A stretch of 64,000 nucleotides of DNA from contig NZ_JAQNDL010000001.1 in NCBI RefSeq assembly GCF_028368995.1, forward strand, positions 2,592,001 through 2,656,000, written 5' to 3'. The notes beneath the pieces are model-generated. The model ran no database searches. It was not told where the DNA came from and was given only the letters and a program-made list of their open reading frames with translations. This document shows positions 48,361 to 57,591 of this stretch, one piece after another. The translations under genes were made by a program, and so were the position numbers. The stretch comes from Nannocystis bainbridge. GTDB taxonomy: Bacteria; Myxococcota_A; Polyangia; Nannocystales; Nannocystaceae. Numbering within the stretch: position 1 is the stretch's first letter; every line of letters starts with the position of its first letter.

Positions 48361-49340
48361 AGGCTCGACTTCACGCGCTCGCCCGCGCGGTCGATCGCTT
48401 CTGCTTCGCGCCCGCGCGCCCGGCCCCGCTGGTGGCCCTGCGCATCGGCCTCGCGGCGGTCCTGCTGGCCCAGGCGCTGCAGATCGCGCCGCTCTATCAC
48501 GCGCTCTATCACCACCGCGGCCTGCTGCGCGGCCCGCTCAAGGACAGCTTCGTGTCCGGCCACCTGCCGCGGCTCGGCGAGCTGCTGGCGTCGCCGTTCG
48601 AGTCGCAGGTCCTGGCGGTCCTCGGCGCGCTCTACGTCGCCAGCCTGGTCGGCATGCTGCTCGGCTGGCGCACCCGCGCCAGCACCTGCGCCGCCTGGCT
48701 GCTGCACTTCGTGTTCATGCGCCTGGCCCCGCACACCAACTACGGCGCCGACGACTTCGCCAACATCTTCCTGTTCTATTCGACCGTCGCCCCCGGCGGC
48801 GCCGCGCTGTCGCTCGACCGGCGGGCCGGTCGGGCGCATGACCTCCCGACCGCCGGCACGCGCCTGGCGATCCGCGTGATGCAGCTCCACCTCTGTCTCG
48901 CCTATCTGCTGTCCGGCCTGGAAAAGGCGCTCGGGCAGCAATGGCGTGACGGCGAGGCGATCTGGCGCTCGCTCGTGGCCCAGGGCTACGCGCTGCTGGA
49001 CTTCACCTGGCTGGCCCACGTGCCGTGGCTGGCGACCGTGGCCGGCTGGTCGGTGCTGGTCGTCGAGATCGGCTACGCGGTGTTTGTCTGGCCGGCGGTC
49101 ACGCGCCGCGGGTGGGTGGCCGCGGTCGCGGCGATGCACGCCGGCATCGGGGTCTTCATGGGCCTCCACGTGTTCGCGGGCGTGATGATCGTCCTGACGG
49201 TGTCGATGTTCGGGATCAGCGCAGAGCCCGCTAAATCCGTCGGAGAACTTCGAAATCGGCCGCGCGACTTCTTGCCCGCGCCGGCCGCGTCTTCGGGTAC
49301 CGTGGACCGTGGCCAGGGCGCCCCGCCGCGAACCGGATGA
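48357..49340 (+). CDS. HTTM domain protein (SdpB-like)
   Basis: ALRIGLA, LLGWRTR, LSLDR, QLHLCLAYLLSGLEKALGQQWRDGEA, MHAGIGVFMGL. Confidence 0.88.
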   Translation: MKARLHALARAVDRFCFAPARPAPLVALRIGLAAVLLAQALQIAPLYHALYHHRGLLRGPLKDSFVSGHLPRLGELLASPFESQVLAVLGALYVASLVGMLLGWRTRASTCAAWLLHFVFMRLAPHTNYGADDFANIFLFYSTVAPGGAALSLDRRAGRAHDLPTAGTRLAIRVMQLHLCLAYLLSGLEKALGQQWRDGEAIWRSLVAQGYALLDFTWLAHVPWLATVAGWSVLVVEIGYAVFVWPAVTRRGWVAAVAAMHAGIGVFMGLHVFAGVMIVLTVSMFGISAEPAKSVGELRNRPRDFLPAPAASSGTVDRGQGAPPRTG

Positions 49341-49938
49341 GACCCGCGAACGCGCGCGGCTGCAGGTCGACGAGCGTCGGGCCCAGCTCGTCGCGCTGGG
49401 CCTGCGCCTGTTCAGCGAGCGCAGCTACGACGAGCTGTCGATCGACGACATCGCCAGCGCGGCCGGGATCTCCAAGGGGCTGCTCTATCACTATTTCTCG
49501 AGCAAGCGCGATTTCTACGCCGCGACCGTGCGCAGCGCCGCCGAGTCGCTGCTCGCCCGCACCGACCCGGCCGGGCACGGCCCCGACCCCGAGGCGCTGC
49601 TGGCCGCGCTCGACCAATATCTACAGTTCGCCGAGGAGCACGCCAGCGCCTACGTGGCCCTGATGCGCAGCGGCGTCGGCCACGACGCCGAGGTCGCGGC
49701 GATCGTCGAGGACACGCGCGCCCGCTTCGTCGCCCGCCTGGCCGGCCGCCTCGGCCTGTCCGAGATGCCGCCGCGCGTGCGCCTGGCCCTGCGCGGGTGG
49801 GTCGGCTGCGTCGAGGGCTCGAGCCTCGACTGGCTGGCTCGCCGCGACCTCCCCCGCGAAGATCTGCGCGACCTGCTGGCGCAGCTGCTGCTCGCCACGC
49901 TGATGGCCGTCGAAGCCACCCCGCAAGCGGCCGAGTGA
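49309..49938 (+). CDS. TetR family transcriptional regulator
   Basis: LFSERSYDELSIDDIA..AGISKGLLYHYFSSKRD. Confidence 0.95.
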   Translation: MARAPRREPDETRERARLQVDERRAQLVALGLRLFSERSYDELSIDDIASAAGISKGLLYHYFSSKRDFYAATVRSAAESLLARTDPAGHGPDPEALLAALDQYLQFAEEHASAYVALMRSGVGHDAEVAAIVEDTRARFVARLAGRLGLSEMPPRVRLALRGWVGCVEGSSLDWLARRDLPREDLRDLLAQLLLATLMAVEATPQAAE

Positions 49939-50096
49939 CAGTCACCGCGATCGGCGGTCGCGCGATTCGTCGCCGCCGCCGCGCACCCAAGAATAAATGC
50001 AGGCCCGACGAGGGCGAGCCGCAGCTCGCCCCCGCCGGACCTGCCGGGCGAGCGTGACACTGGTCGTCTCGGTCACGCCCGCCGCATCCCTTCACC

Positions 50097-50444
50097 TCAA
50101 TCGCGCTCGCCGAAGCAGCGGTGCTCGACCCCGCCGCGGCCGCGACAGAACTGCTTCGCGCGCCGGACGCAGAGGTCGCGGTTGCCCCGGATACGGACCT
50201 TGTCGGTCACTCGGTGATAGCGATTGCCGCGCTCGCAGCGGGCCAGGCAGTAGCCGCGCACGTGGAAATCGTCGTCGTCGTAACACTCCCACCGCGAGGC
50301 CTCGCTCGGGTCCACCTCGTCGGTGAACTCGTCGATCGAGACGTCGGCCAGGGCGGCCGCCGCCTCTTCGGCCAGCGCCTCGACCGGCTGCTCGGGCGCC
50401 GCAAGAGCGGCCCACGCACTGAACAGTGCATTGAAAATCATCAT
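50097..50444 (-). CDS. Secreted Cys6 prepropeptide (defensin-like architecture)
   Basis: GAGAGGAG RBS; hydrophobic N-terminus, acidic pro-segment, Arg-rich C-terminal domain with six Cys. Confidence 0.75.
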   Translation of the reverse strand: MMIFNALFSAWAALAAPEQPVEALAEEAAAALADVSIDEFTDEVDPSEASRWECYDDDDFHVRGYCLARCERGNRYHRVTDKVRIRGNRDLCVRRAKQFCRGRGGVEHRCFGERD

Positions 50445-50491
50445 GACACCTTCTCCTCTCACGATCGAATGTTCGCATCCACGCGCAACGT

Positions 50492-50522
50492 GGCACCCGT
50501 CGCGTCCAATGCGACGGGTGCC
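50492..50522. promoter_or_regulatory. 12-bp perfect inverted repeat upstream of the Cys6 peptide gene
   Basis: GGCACCCGTCGC-N7-GCGACGGGTGCC. Confidence 0.45.
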
Positions 50523-50686
50523 GGGAACCATGAGCCTGGTCCGCGCCGCCGTCGAGCAGGCTCTGCCGCGAAATTATGCGCCGGGCGGGCCGCCCGCGGC
50601 GGGCGGGCGGCAGTATGTACATATGTCCATCAGGACATATTGATCATATGCGCGGGTCTGCACATTGGCCCGCGCGCGGCCGACCG

Positions 50687-53266
50687 TCAGCGCTCGCGGT
50701 CGCGCCGCGCCAGCACCACCGCCGCGATGCCGACGCACAGCGCCGTGTACGCCAGCAGCACGCCCCAGACCTCGAGCACGTGCGCGGTCGAGGGGTCGTA
50801 ATCGACGGTCGGGTAGACGGGGCAGCTCAGCGGGTTGCCGGGGATCGTGCAAGCGGCGAAGTCCCGCGGCGGCTGCAAATGGGTGACCGAGCCGAACGCC
50901 TCCATGGCCCAGCGCGCGCTGGTGACGTACGACAGCGGCGCGAGCCCGGCCGGCAAGGACACCAGCGCCATCGCCAGCAGCAGCTGCGGCACGAGCACCA
51001 GCGGCACCACGCTCATCGCCCGGTCGGAGGTCGTCGAGGTGCTCGACAGCAGGAGGCCCATGCCGAGCCCCGACAGAGAGCTCAAGAAGGTGGTGACCAG
51101 CAGGCTGCCGAAGAACCCCAGCCCCGCGACCCCGCGCACCACCGACACCGGCCCGTTCGCGGTGAAGGTCGTCACCGCCGCCGAGAAGTCGACCTTGGCC
51201 GCCAGCACCGTCAGCAGCACGATCGACTGCACGAGGCAGATCGCCGCCAGCACCACGAACTTGGCCAGCAGGTACGGGCCGATCCGCAGGTTCGCCAGCC
51301 GCTCGCGGCGGTAGATGGCCCGCTCTTTGGTCAGCTCGCGCGCCGAGCACAGGATCCCGCACCACACCGCGACCAGGGCGACGAGGAACAGCACCAGGCG
51401 CCCGTGCGAGCTCTGGAGGTCCTGCAGCGCGCCCTGGCGAGCCACGAGCACCAGGATCGCGCCGATGATCGGGGCCTGCAGCAGCAAGGTCGCCAGGTTG
51501 CGCCGGTCGACCGCCAGCAGCCGAATGTTGCGGCGGACCAGGATCACCCACTGCTGCCACGCCGACACCCGCGCCGTCTCCGGCCGGTCCTCCGGCGTGG
51601 TGCCGCCGACCTTCATCGCCGTCATCGTCATCGACGACCGGCTCTGCGTGCTGTGCAGCTTGCTCGGCTTGACCGCGGGCCCGCGCGCCTCGCCGGCCAG
51701 ACGCTCGACGATGTAGCGCGTGCGGGCGTCCGAGCGGCGGAACCGCAGCTCCCACAGCTCGGCCAGCGACGGCTCGCCGCGCTCGTGGGCCTCGCGCCAG
51801 CGGGCGTACTCGCTGCGCAGCTCGCCGAGCACCAGCGGGTGCGACTCGTGGGCGTCGCCCTCGACCTTGGTGTAGATGTCGGCGAAGTCGCCGCTGCGGA
51901 CCCCGAAGTGCTGCAGCGCCTCGGCCGGCGGCCCGAACCACACCAGCCGCGCGTCGGCCATGAACGCGATGTGATCGCATTGATGGATGTTGGCGGTCGC
52001 GTGGGTGACCATCACGATCGTGCGCCCGCCGTCGGCCAGCCGGCGCAGCGTGTACATCAGCCGCTTCTCGAGCCCGGGGTCGAGCCCCGAGGTCGGCTCG
52101 TCGAGGAAGAACAGGCTCGGGTCGGCCAGCAGCTCGGCGGCGATCGAGACCCGCTTGCGCTGGCCGCCCGACAGCTGGCTGATGCGCGTGGTCCGGCGGT
52201 CTTCGATGTCGACGTCGGCCAGCACCCGCTCGACCCGCGCCGCGATCTCGGCGTCGCCGGTGTCCTCGGGCAGGCGCAGCTGGGCGGTGAAGCGCAGCGC
52301 CTCGTCGACGGTGAGCGTCTGGTGGAGGATGTCGCTCTGCGGGACGTAGCCGACCTGGCCGCGGTAGGCGGCGAAGTTCGCGTAGTAGTCGTCGCCGTTG
52401 ACCAGCACGTCGCCCTCGCTGGCCCGGCTGAAGCCCGACAGCGCGCCGAGCAGCGTCGACTTGCCCGCGCCCGAGCCGCCGACGATCGCCACGAACTCGC
52501 GCGGCAAGATCGCCAGCGACACGCGGTCGAGGATCACCTTGCCGCCGCCGACCACCCGCACGAGCCGCCGCGCCTTGAGCTCGATCGCCCCGCGGTGGTC
52601 GTACGAATCGAGCGAGCGCCCGTCGTAGGCCAGCTTGAACGGCCCCACCTGAATGATGTCACCACGCGCCAGCTTCTTGCTGAGCTGGACCCGCTCGCCG
52701 TTGACGAAGGTGCCGTTGGCGCTGCCGAGGTCGCGCACCTCGTGGCCATCCGCCAATGCCCGTACGGTCGCGTGCCGCCGCGACACCAGCAAGCTCGCCA
52801 GCGTCAGCTCGCAGCCCTCGCGGCCGATCGTGACCTCGGGCTGGTCGAGCCGACAGCGCGGCACCGACTCGTCCGGCGGCGCCATCGTCCGCGCCAGCCG
52901 CTGGTAGGTCATCGTCACGAAGCTGCCGGTGTACGGATCGCCGACCCGCAGCACGTCGCCGTGGCGCAGCTCGTGCTCGGACACCTGGTGTCCGTTGAAC
53001 ATCAGGCTGCACGGCCCGCCGAGGTCGCGGACGCGATAGCCGTCACCGACGCCGGTCGGCTCGAACCGCAGCTGATGCGCCGCGACGAACTCGGCCTTGA
53101 CGACGATCCGGTTGTCGTCGGCGCGACCGAGGCGGAACGGCTTGCCGTCGAGCGGGTACGGCACCTCGCGCTTGTTCGGCTCGCGCACCACCAGCCGCGA
53201 CGCTTGCAGCCGCACGGCCCAGGTCACTTCCGGCGACGGTTCGTCGCTGTCGGGCGTCAGCTCCAC
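50687..53266 (-). CDS. FHA-FHA-ABC ATPase-permease fusion (Rv1747-like ABC exporter)
   Basis: Two FHA domains (LGRADDN; IGR..VSRRHA..DLGSANGTFVNG), GGSGAGKST, LSGGQRKR, LDEPTSGLD, ABC2 membrane domain. Start is uncertain. Confidence 0.93.
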   Translation of the reverse strand: MELTPDSDEPSPEVTWAVRLQASRLVVREPNKREVPYPLDGKPFRLGRADDNRIVVKAEFVAAHQLRFEPTGVGDGYRVRDLGGPCSLMFNGHQVSEHELRHGDVLRVGDPYTGSFVTMTYQRLARTMAPPDESVPRCRLDQPEVTIGREGCELTLASLLVSRRHATVRALADGHEVRDLGSANGTFVNGERVQLSKKLARGDIIQVGPFKLAYDGRSLDSYDHRGAIELKARRLVRVVGGGKVILDRVSLAILPREFVAIVGGSGAGKSTLLGALSGFSRASEGDVLVNGDDYYANFAAYRGQVGYVPQSDILHQTLTVDEALRFTAQLRLPEDTGDAEIAARVERVLADVDIEDRRTTRISQLSGGQRKRVSIAAELLADPSLFFLDEPTSGLDPGLEKRLMYTLRRLADGGRTIVMVTHATANIHQCDHIAFMADARLVWFGPPAEALQHFGVRSGDFADIYTKVEGDAHESHPLVLGELRSEYARWREAHERGEPSLAELWELRFRRSDARTRYIVERLAGEARGPAVKPSKLHSTQSRSSMTMTAMKVGGTTPEDRPETARVSAWQQWVILVRRNIRLLAVDRRNLATLLLQAPIIGAILVLVARQGALQDLQSSHGRLVLFLVALVAVWCGILCSARELTKERAIYRRERLANLRIGPYLLAKFVVLAAICLVQSIVLLTVLAAKVDFSAAVTTFTANGPVSVVRGVAGLGFFGSLLVTTFLSSLSGLGMGLLLSSTSTTSDRAMSVVPLVLVPQLLLAMALVSLPAGLAPLSYVTSARWAMEAFGSVTHLQPPRDFAACTIPGNPLSCPVYPTVDYDPSTAHVLEVWGVLLAYTALCVGIAAVVLARRDRER

Positions 53267-53352
53267 GCAAGCCTTGTATTTGCAGGATCCAGCCGGCACC
53301 CGCGAATGTCAACGTTTCTGGGCAATTTCCCCACGATGTGTATGCTTGGGGC

Positions 53353-53925
53353 ATGACCACGAGGACCCAGATCTGTCAGACCCAGTCCCGCGTGCAGGCC
53401 CGGTCGGCCGTGAGCCTTGTTCCTCGCGGGCTCGTCCTCGCCGCCGCGCTCGTCGCCGTCGCCTGCGACGACTCCGCCGAGCAGCGTAAACCTGGCCCGA
53501 CGCCGGCGGTCCCCGCGGTCGACCGCACCAAGGACACGCCGCCGGCCGAGCCCAAGCCGACGCGCCCTGCCACCGGCGCCGACACGCCGACGAGCCCGAC
53601 CGCGACCGACCCGAAGCCCTCCACCGGCTCGCCCACCGACGTCGCCGCGGTCGTGCGCACCTACAGCGGCTGCTACAGCGATTGCGTCTCCGAGAAGAAG
53701 GCGACCAACCGCGAGACCTGCAAGCTGACCTGCGACGACGCCGCCGAGGCCGCGATCGAGAGCATGCCCGGCGGTCCGTCGAAGGAGAAGTTCAAGGCCG
53801 CGGCCGCCAGCTTCACCGGCTGCGTCAACTCCTGCTTCGCCGACAAGAGCCTCAACACGACCAACCGCGCCACCTGCGTGTTGACCTGCCAGGACGCCGC
53901 CGAGGTCGCCGCGATCGGCAAGTGA
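53353..53925 (+). CDS. Lipoprotein with duplicated CX3C...CX3C module
   Basis: VAVAC lipobox, Pro/Thr linker, GCYSDC..TNRETCKLTC and GCVNSC..TNRATCVLTC. Confidence 0.8.
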   Translation: MTTRTQICQTQSRVQARSAVSLVPRGLVLAAALVAVACDDSAEQRKPGPTPAVPAVDRTKDTPPAEPKPTRPATGADTPTSPTATDPKPSTGSPTDVAAVVRTYSGCYSDCVSEKKATNRETCKLTCDDAAEAAIESMPGGPSKEKFKAAAASFTGCVNSCFADKSLNTTNRATCVLTCQDAAEVAAIGK

Positions 53926-53942
53926 CCTCCGGCGCAGCGCGC

Positions 53943-54938
53943 TCAAAACCGCGCCATCACGCCCAATCCGGTCGGCAGCACCCGCGCGCTCCGGACCGAC
54001 CGCGGCGCGCGATTGCGCACCAGCGCGACGATCCCCAGCGTCAACAGCACCGCCCCCGACACCGCCAGCGCCGCCCCGCCCCAGCCGGTGTTGAAGAGCC
54101 AGCGGCAGTCGCCGTCGGCGTCGACCTCGGCGCCCGTGCAGCGCTTCTTGAACGGCAGGTCGTCGAGCGCGAGCAAGGCCACGCCCGCGCCGAACAGCAG
54201 CACGCCGCCGCCGACCGCCGCCCCGCCGAGCGCCCGCTGCCGCGGGCTGCCAGGGGTGCGCTGCAGCGGGATCACGAGGTCCTCGCGCGCGCCGGCGACG
54301 AACGTCAGCTCGCGCTCCTCGGCGACGAAGCCCGGCATGGTCACGCGGATCTTCCGCGCCCCGGCGAGCAGCGGCCGCTCGAGCGGAGTGGTGCCGACGA
54401 GCTCACCGTCGACGTGGACCCGCGCGCCGCTCGGCCGGGTGTCGAGGATCAACATCGGCGGGCCTTGCCCGAGCGCGGCCAGCCGCGTCTGCAACAGGGC
54501 GCCCTGCGAATCCAGCAGGTCGGCGACCTCGCCGACGCCGCAGATCTCGCACCGCTCCTGCGACTTGAAGAGCACCGCGCCGGAGCCCGCGTCGACCAGC
54601 TCGAGCTCGAGCAAGAAGTCGCGGCTCTTCATCGTGATCGACGTGCGCACCAGGTGCGTCGCGCCCGCCTCGCGCAACCGCTCGAGCGCATCGCCGGCGC
54701 GGTCGGCCGCGTCCTGCTCGACCAGCGCGAAGCTGCCACGCCCGAGCCCGCGCCGCAGGCCCACGACCCAACCCTTGCGCGTGGCCTCGTCGACCTGCCC
54801 CTCGAGCTTGAGCGGCACCACGGCGATCCGCACCGATTCGGCCGGCGTCGCCGCGTTTTCGGCCGGCGCGGCCCTCACCACCCCGGCGGGCGGCATCGCC
54901 AGCAGCCACCCGAGAAGCACGCAAAGCGGGACCCGCAC
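53943..54938 (-). CDS. PEGA domain-containing protein
   Basis: Signal peptide; TRPSGARVHVDGELVGTTPL...G.RKIRV..PGF; C-terminal TM hairpin. Confidence 0.88.
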   Translation of the reverse strand: MRVPLCVLLGWLLAMPPAGVVRAAPAENAATPAESVRIAVVPLKLEGQVDEATRKGWVVGLRRGLGRGSFALVEQDAADRAGDALERLREAGATHLVRTSITMKSRDFLLELELVDAGSGAVLFKSQERCEICGVGEVADLLDSQGALLQTRLAALGQGPPMLILDTRPSGARVHVDGELVGTTPLERPLLAGARKIRVTMPGFVAEERELTFVAGAREDLVIPLQRTPGSPRQRALGGAAVGGGVLLFGAGVALLALDDLPFKKRCTGAEVDADGDCRWLFNTGWGGAALAVSGAVLLTLGIVALVRNRAPRSVRSARVLPTGLGVMARF

Positions 54939-55074
54939 CCCCGTACCCTAGCATCAACGCCCGCGCCCCAGTGCGCCCGCGGGGGCGTGCCCGCACCGCG
55001 CGAAATCGCGCACCGTGGTTCTCACCCCTTGTCCTGGCCCCCCTTGGCCGCCCACACTCGAAGCGCCCGCCCGG

Positions 55075-57531
55075 ATGCCCGCGCCGCCCCGAGACCTGAT
55101 CCCGGCCCCGCTCGTGCCCGCCCCGCCGCGCGGCCCCGCGGGCCTTGCCGCGGCCGTCGACTCCTGGACGATCTCGTTCGACGAGCCGCCGGCGCCCGAT
55201 CGCCCTGACGACCGCGCCGTCACGCGCAAGGACCACCTCGGGCAGGCGCCACCGCCGGTCCGCCAGGACGACCGCGCCGTCACTCGCAAGGAGCTCAGCG
55301 GCCCGCGGCCCGACGCCATCACCCGCAAGGACGCAGGCCCGGGCGACGAGGCCCGCCCCGAACCAGTGCGCCCGCTCGCCGGCAAGACCGGTCGCGGCGG
55401 CCCCGGCCGCGTCATCACGCGCAGCGGCGCCGCGCAGGGCAACGCCGACAGCAAGCAGGTCCGCCTGTTGCCCGGCCGCCGGGTCCCCGGGACCCGCTAC
55501 CGCCTGATCCGCTGGCTCGGCGAGGGCGGCATGGGCGTCGTCTACGAGGCCGAGCACGAGGACATCGAGCGCCGCGTGGCCCTCAAGATCCTCCGCCACG
55601 AGGCCAGCGAAGACCCGCAGCAGGCGGCCCACTTCCGCGACGAGGCCCGCGCCGCCAGCCGGATCGGCTCGCCCAACATCGTCGAGATCTTCGACTTCGG
55701 CGAGCTGCCCGACGGCCGCCTGATGTTCGCGATGGAGCTGCTGAACGGCCACGGCCTCGACAGCGAGCTCGACAAGTGTCCGATGGACCAGGCGCGGATG
55801 ATCGGGATCCTGCGCCAGGTCTGCAAGGGCCTGGCGGCGGCGCACGAGGTCGGGATCATCCACCGCGACGTCAAGCCCGACAACATCATTTTGGTCGGCC
55901 ACAACGGCAAGGCCGATTGGGTCAAGGTCGTCGATTTCGGCATCGCCACCGTGCACGCCGAGACCGACGCCGGGGCCGCCGGCACGCCGCACTACATGGC
56001 ACCCGAGCAGGTGCTGGGCCAGAGCTTCGACGGCCGCCTCGACATGTACTCGTTCGGCTGCACCGCCTACGAGCTGCTGGTCGGCAAGCCGCCGTTCGTG
56101 GCGCCGACGATCGAGGAGATCCTCGAGCATCAGCTGGCCAAGACGCCGACGCCGCCGTCGGAGCTGTGTCCGCCGGGCTCGGTGCACCCGGCGCTCGAGG
56201 CGGTGATCCTGCGCTGCCTCGAGAAGGAGCCGGACCACCGCTACCGCGACATGCGGGACGTCGAGGCCGCCCTGTGCGAGGCCCAGATCGCCGCCGGCCT
56301 GCACACCGCCTACGACGACCTCGCGCTGCCCGAGGTCGACGCCGACCGCTACGAGCGGCTGCGCCGCGACATGCCGCAGCCGGGCATGATCCGCCAGCGA
56401 CGGCGGTGGCTGTGGCCGGCGATCGCCGGCGCCAGCACCTTGCTGGCGCTGCTGCTGGCGCTCGCGCTATGGAACCTGCGCCGCGCGCCCGCGCCGGAGG
56501 AGCAGCTCGCCGTCGACACCCTCGTCAACGACGCGCGGGCCGCCGGCGCCCGCGCCTACTGGGTCTACCCGCCCGAGGACGAGCCCCAGCTGACCGCGCT
56601 GCTGAAGATCCGCGCGCTCGAGGAGCTGCGCGGCGGGGCCCGCTCGCTGGCCAACGGCAAGGCGATCGAGCTGCGCGAGGAGTTCGCGCAGACGCTGGTC
56701 CGGCTCGGCGATCAGTACTGGGAGATGGACGGCGGCAAGCCGTTCGCCCGCGACTACTACATCCAGGCGGTGCTGTTCGACCCGAACGACGTCCGCGCCC
56801 GCGAGCGCTCCGGCGTGACCCCGGGCTTCATCTCCGACCTCGAGGACCGGGCCCTCAGCGGCGGCTTCACCCCGGCCGAGCTGCGCAACACCGGCGTGCT
56901 GGTGGCGCTCGCCGAGGAGGACACGAGCAAGCGCGACAGGGCGCTGCTCGACCTCGTCGACGGCGCCGACAACACGTCGCTGGTGATCGCCGCGTCGGCC
57001 GAGAAGCTGGTCCAGTCGACCCAGGCGCGGCCGAAGGGCGGGCGCCGTGCGAACGAGGCCCGGCCCGAGACGACCGCCGCCGAGCCCGGCGCGCCGCAGC
57101 CGTCCGCGGCCCAGCCCGAGCCCGAGCCGAGCACGCCGAGCAAGCCACCCGCGGCCGGCAGCAAGCGCGACGTCAAACAGTCGACCACGCTGGCCAAGGA
57201 CGCCCGCTCCGCCCTGGCCTCCGGCGACCGCAAGCGGGCCGAGACGCTCTTCCACCAGGCGCTGGCCGCCGACAACCGCAACGCGGTGGCGCTGATCGGC
57301 CTGTCGGACCTCGAGTTCGACAAGGGCGCCCACCAGCGCGCCGCCGACTACGCCGAAAAGGCGATCGCCGCCGCGCCGAAGACCGCCCTCTACCACCTCA
57401 AGCTCGGCGACGCCTACTTCAAGCTGCTGCGCTACGCCGACGCCCGCCGCGCCTACGACAAGGCCAAGGAGCTCGGCTCCCGCGACGCCGACGAGCGCCT
57501 CACCAAGCTCAAGGCCAAGCTCGGCAAGTAG
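55075..57531 (+). CDS. Membrane Ser/Thr protein kinase (Pkn type) with C-terminal TPRs
   Basis: LGEGGMGVVY, VALK, HRDVKPDN, DFG, GTPHYMAPE, TM, TPR repeats. Start is 55015 or 55075. Confidence 0.95.
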   Translation: MPAPPRDLIPAPLVPAPPRGPAGLAAAVDSWTISFDEPPAPDRPDDRAVTRKDHLGQAPPPVRQDDRAVTRKELSGPRPDAITRKDAGPGDEARPEPVRPLAGKTGRGGPGRVITRSGAAQGNADSKQVRLLPGRRVPGTRYRLIRWLGEGGMGVVYEAEHEDIERRVALKILRHEASEDPQQAAHFRDEARAASRIGSPNIVEIFDFGELPDGRLMFAMELLNGHGLDSELDKCPMDQARMIGILRQVCKGLAAAHEVGIIHRDVKPDNIILVGHNGKADWVKVVDFGIATVHAETDAGAAGTPHYMAPEQVLGQSFDGRLDMYSFGCTAYELLVGKPPFVAPTIEEILEHQLAKTPTPPSELCPPGSVHPALEAVILRCLEKEPDHRYRDMRDVEAALCEAQIAAGLHTAYDDLALPEVDADRYERLRRDMPQPGMIRQRRRWLWPAIAGASTLLALLLALALWNLRRAPAPEEQLAVDTLVNDARAAGARAYWVYPPEDEPQLTALLKIRALEELRGGARSLANGKAIELREEFAQTLVRLGDQYWEMDGGKPFARDYYIQAVLFDPNDVRARERSGVTPGFISDLEDRALSGGFTPAELRNTGVLVALAEEDTSKRDRALLDLVDGADNTSLVIAASAEKLVQSTQARPKGGRRANEARPETTAAEPGAPQPSAAQPEPEPSTPSKPPAAGSKRDVKQSTTLAKDARSALASGDRKRAETLFHQALAADNRNAVALIGLSDLEFDKGAHQRAADYAEKAIAAAPKTALYHLKLGDAYFKLLRYADARRAYDKAKELGSRDADERLTKLKAKLGK

Positions 57532-57535
57532 GCCG

Positions 57536-57586
57536 GATGTCCCTCGGGACATGCCCGCTCGGGCATGTCCATGAGGACATGTCCCG
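57536..57586. repeat. 14-bp-phased GACATGTC-type array (4 units) between convergent genes
   Basis: Cores at 57536, 57550, 57564 and 57578. Confidence 0.88.
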
Positions 57587-57591
57587 CGGCG

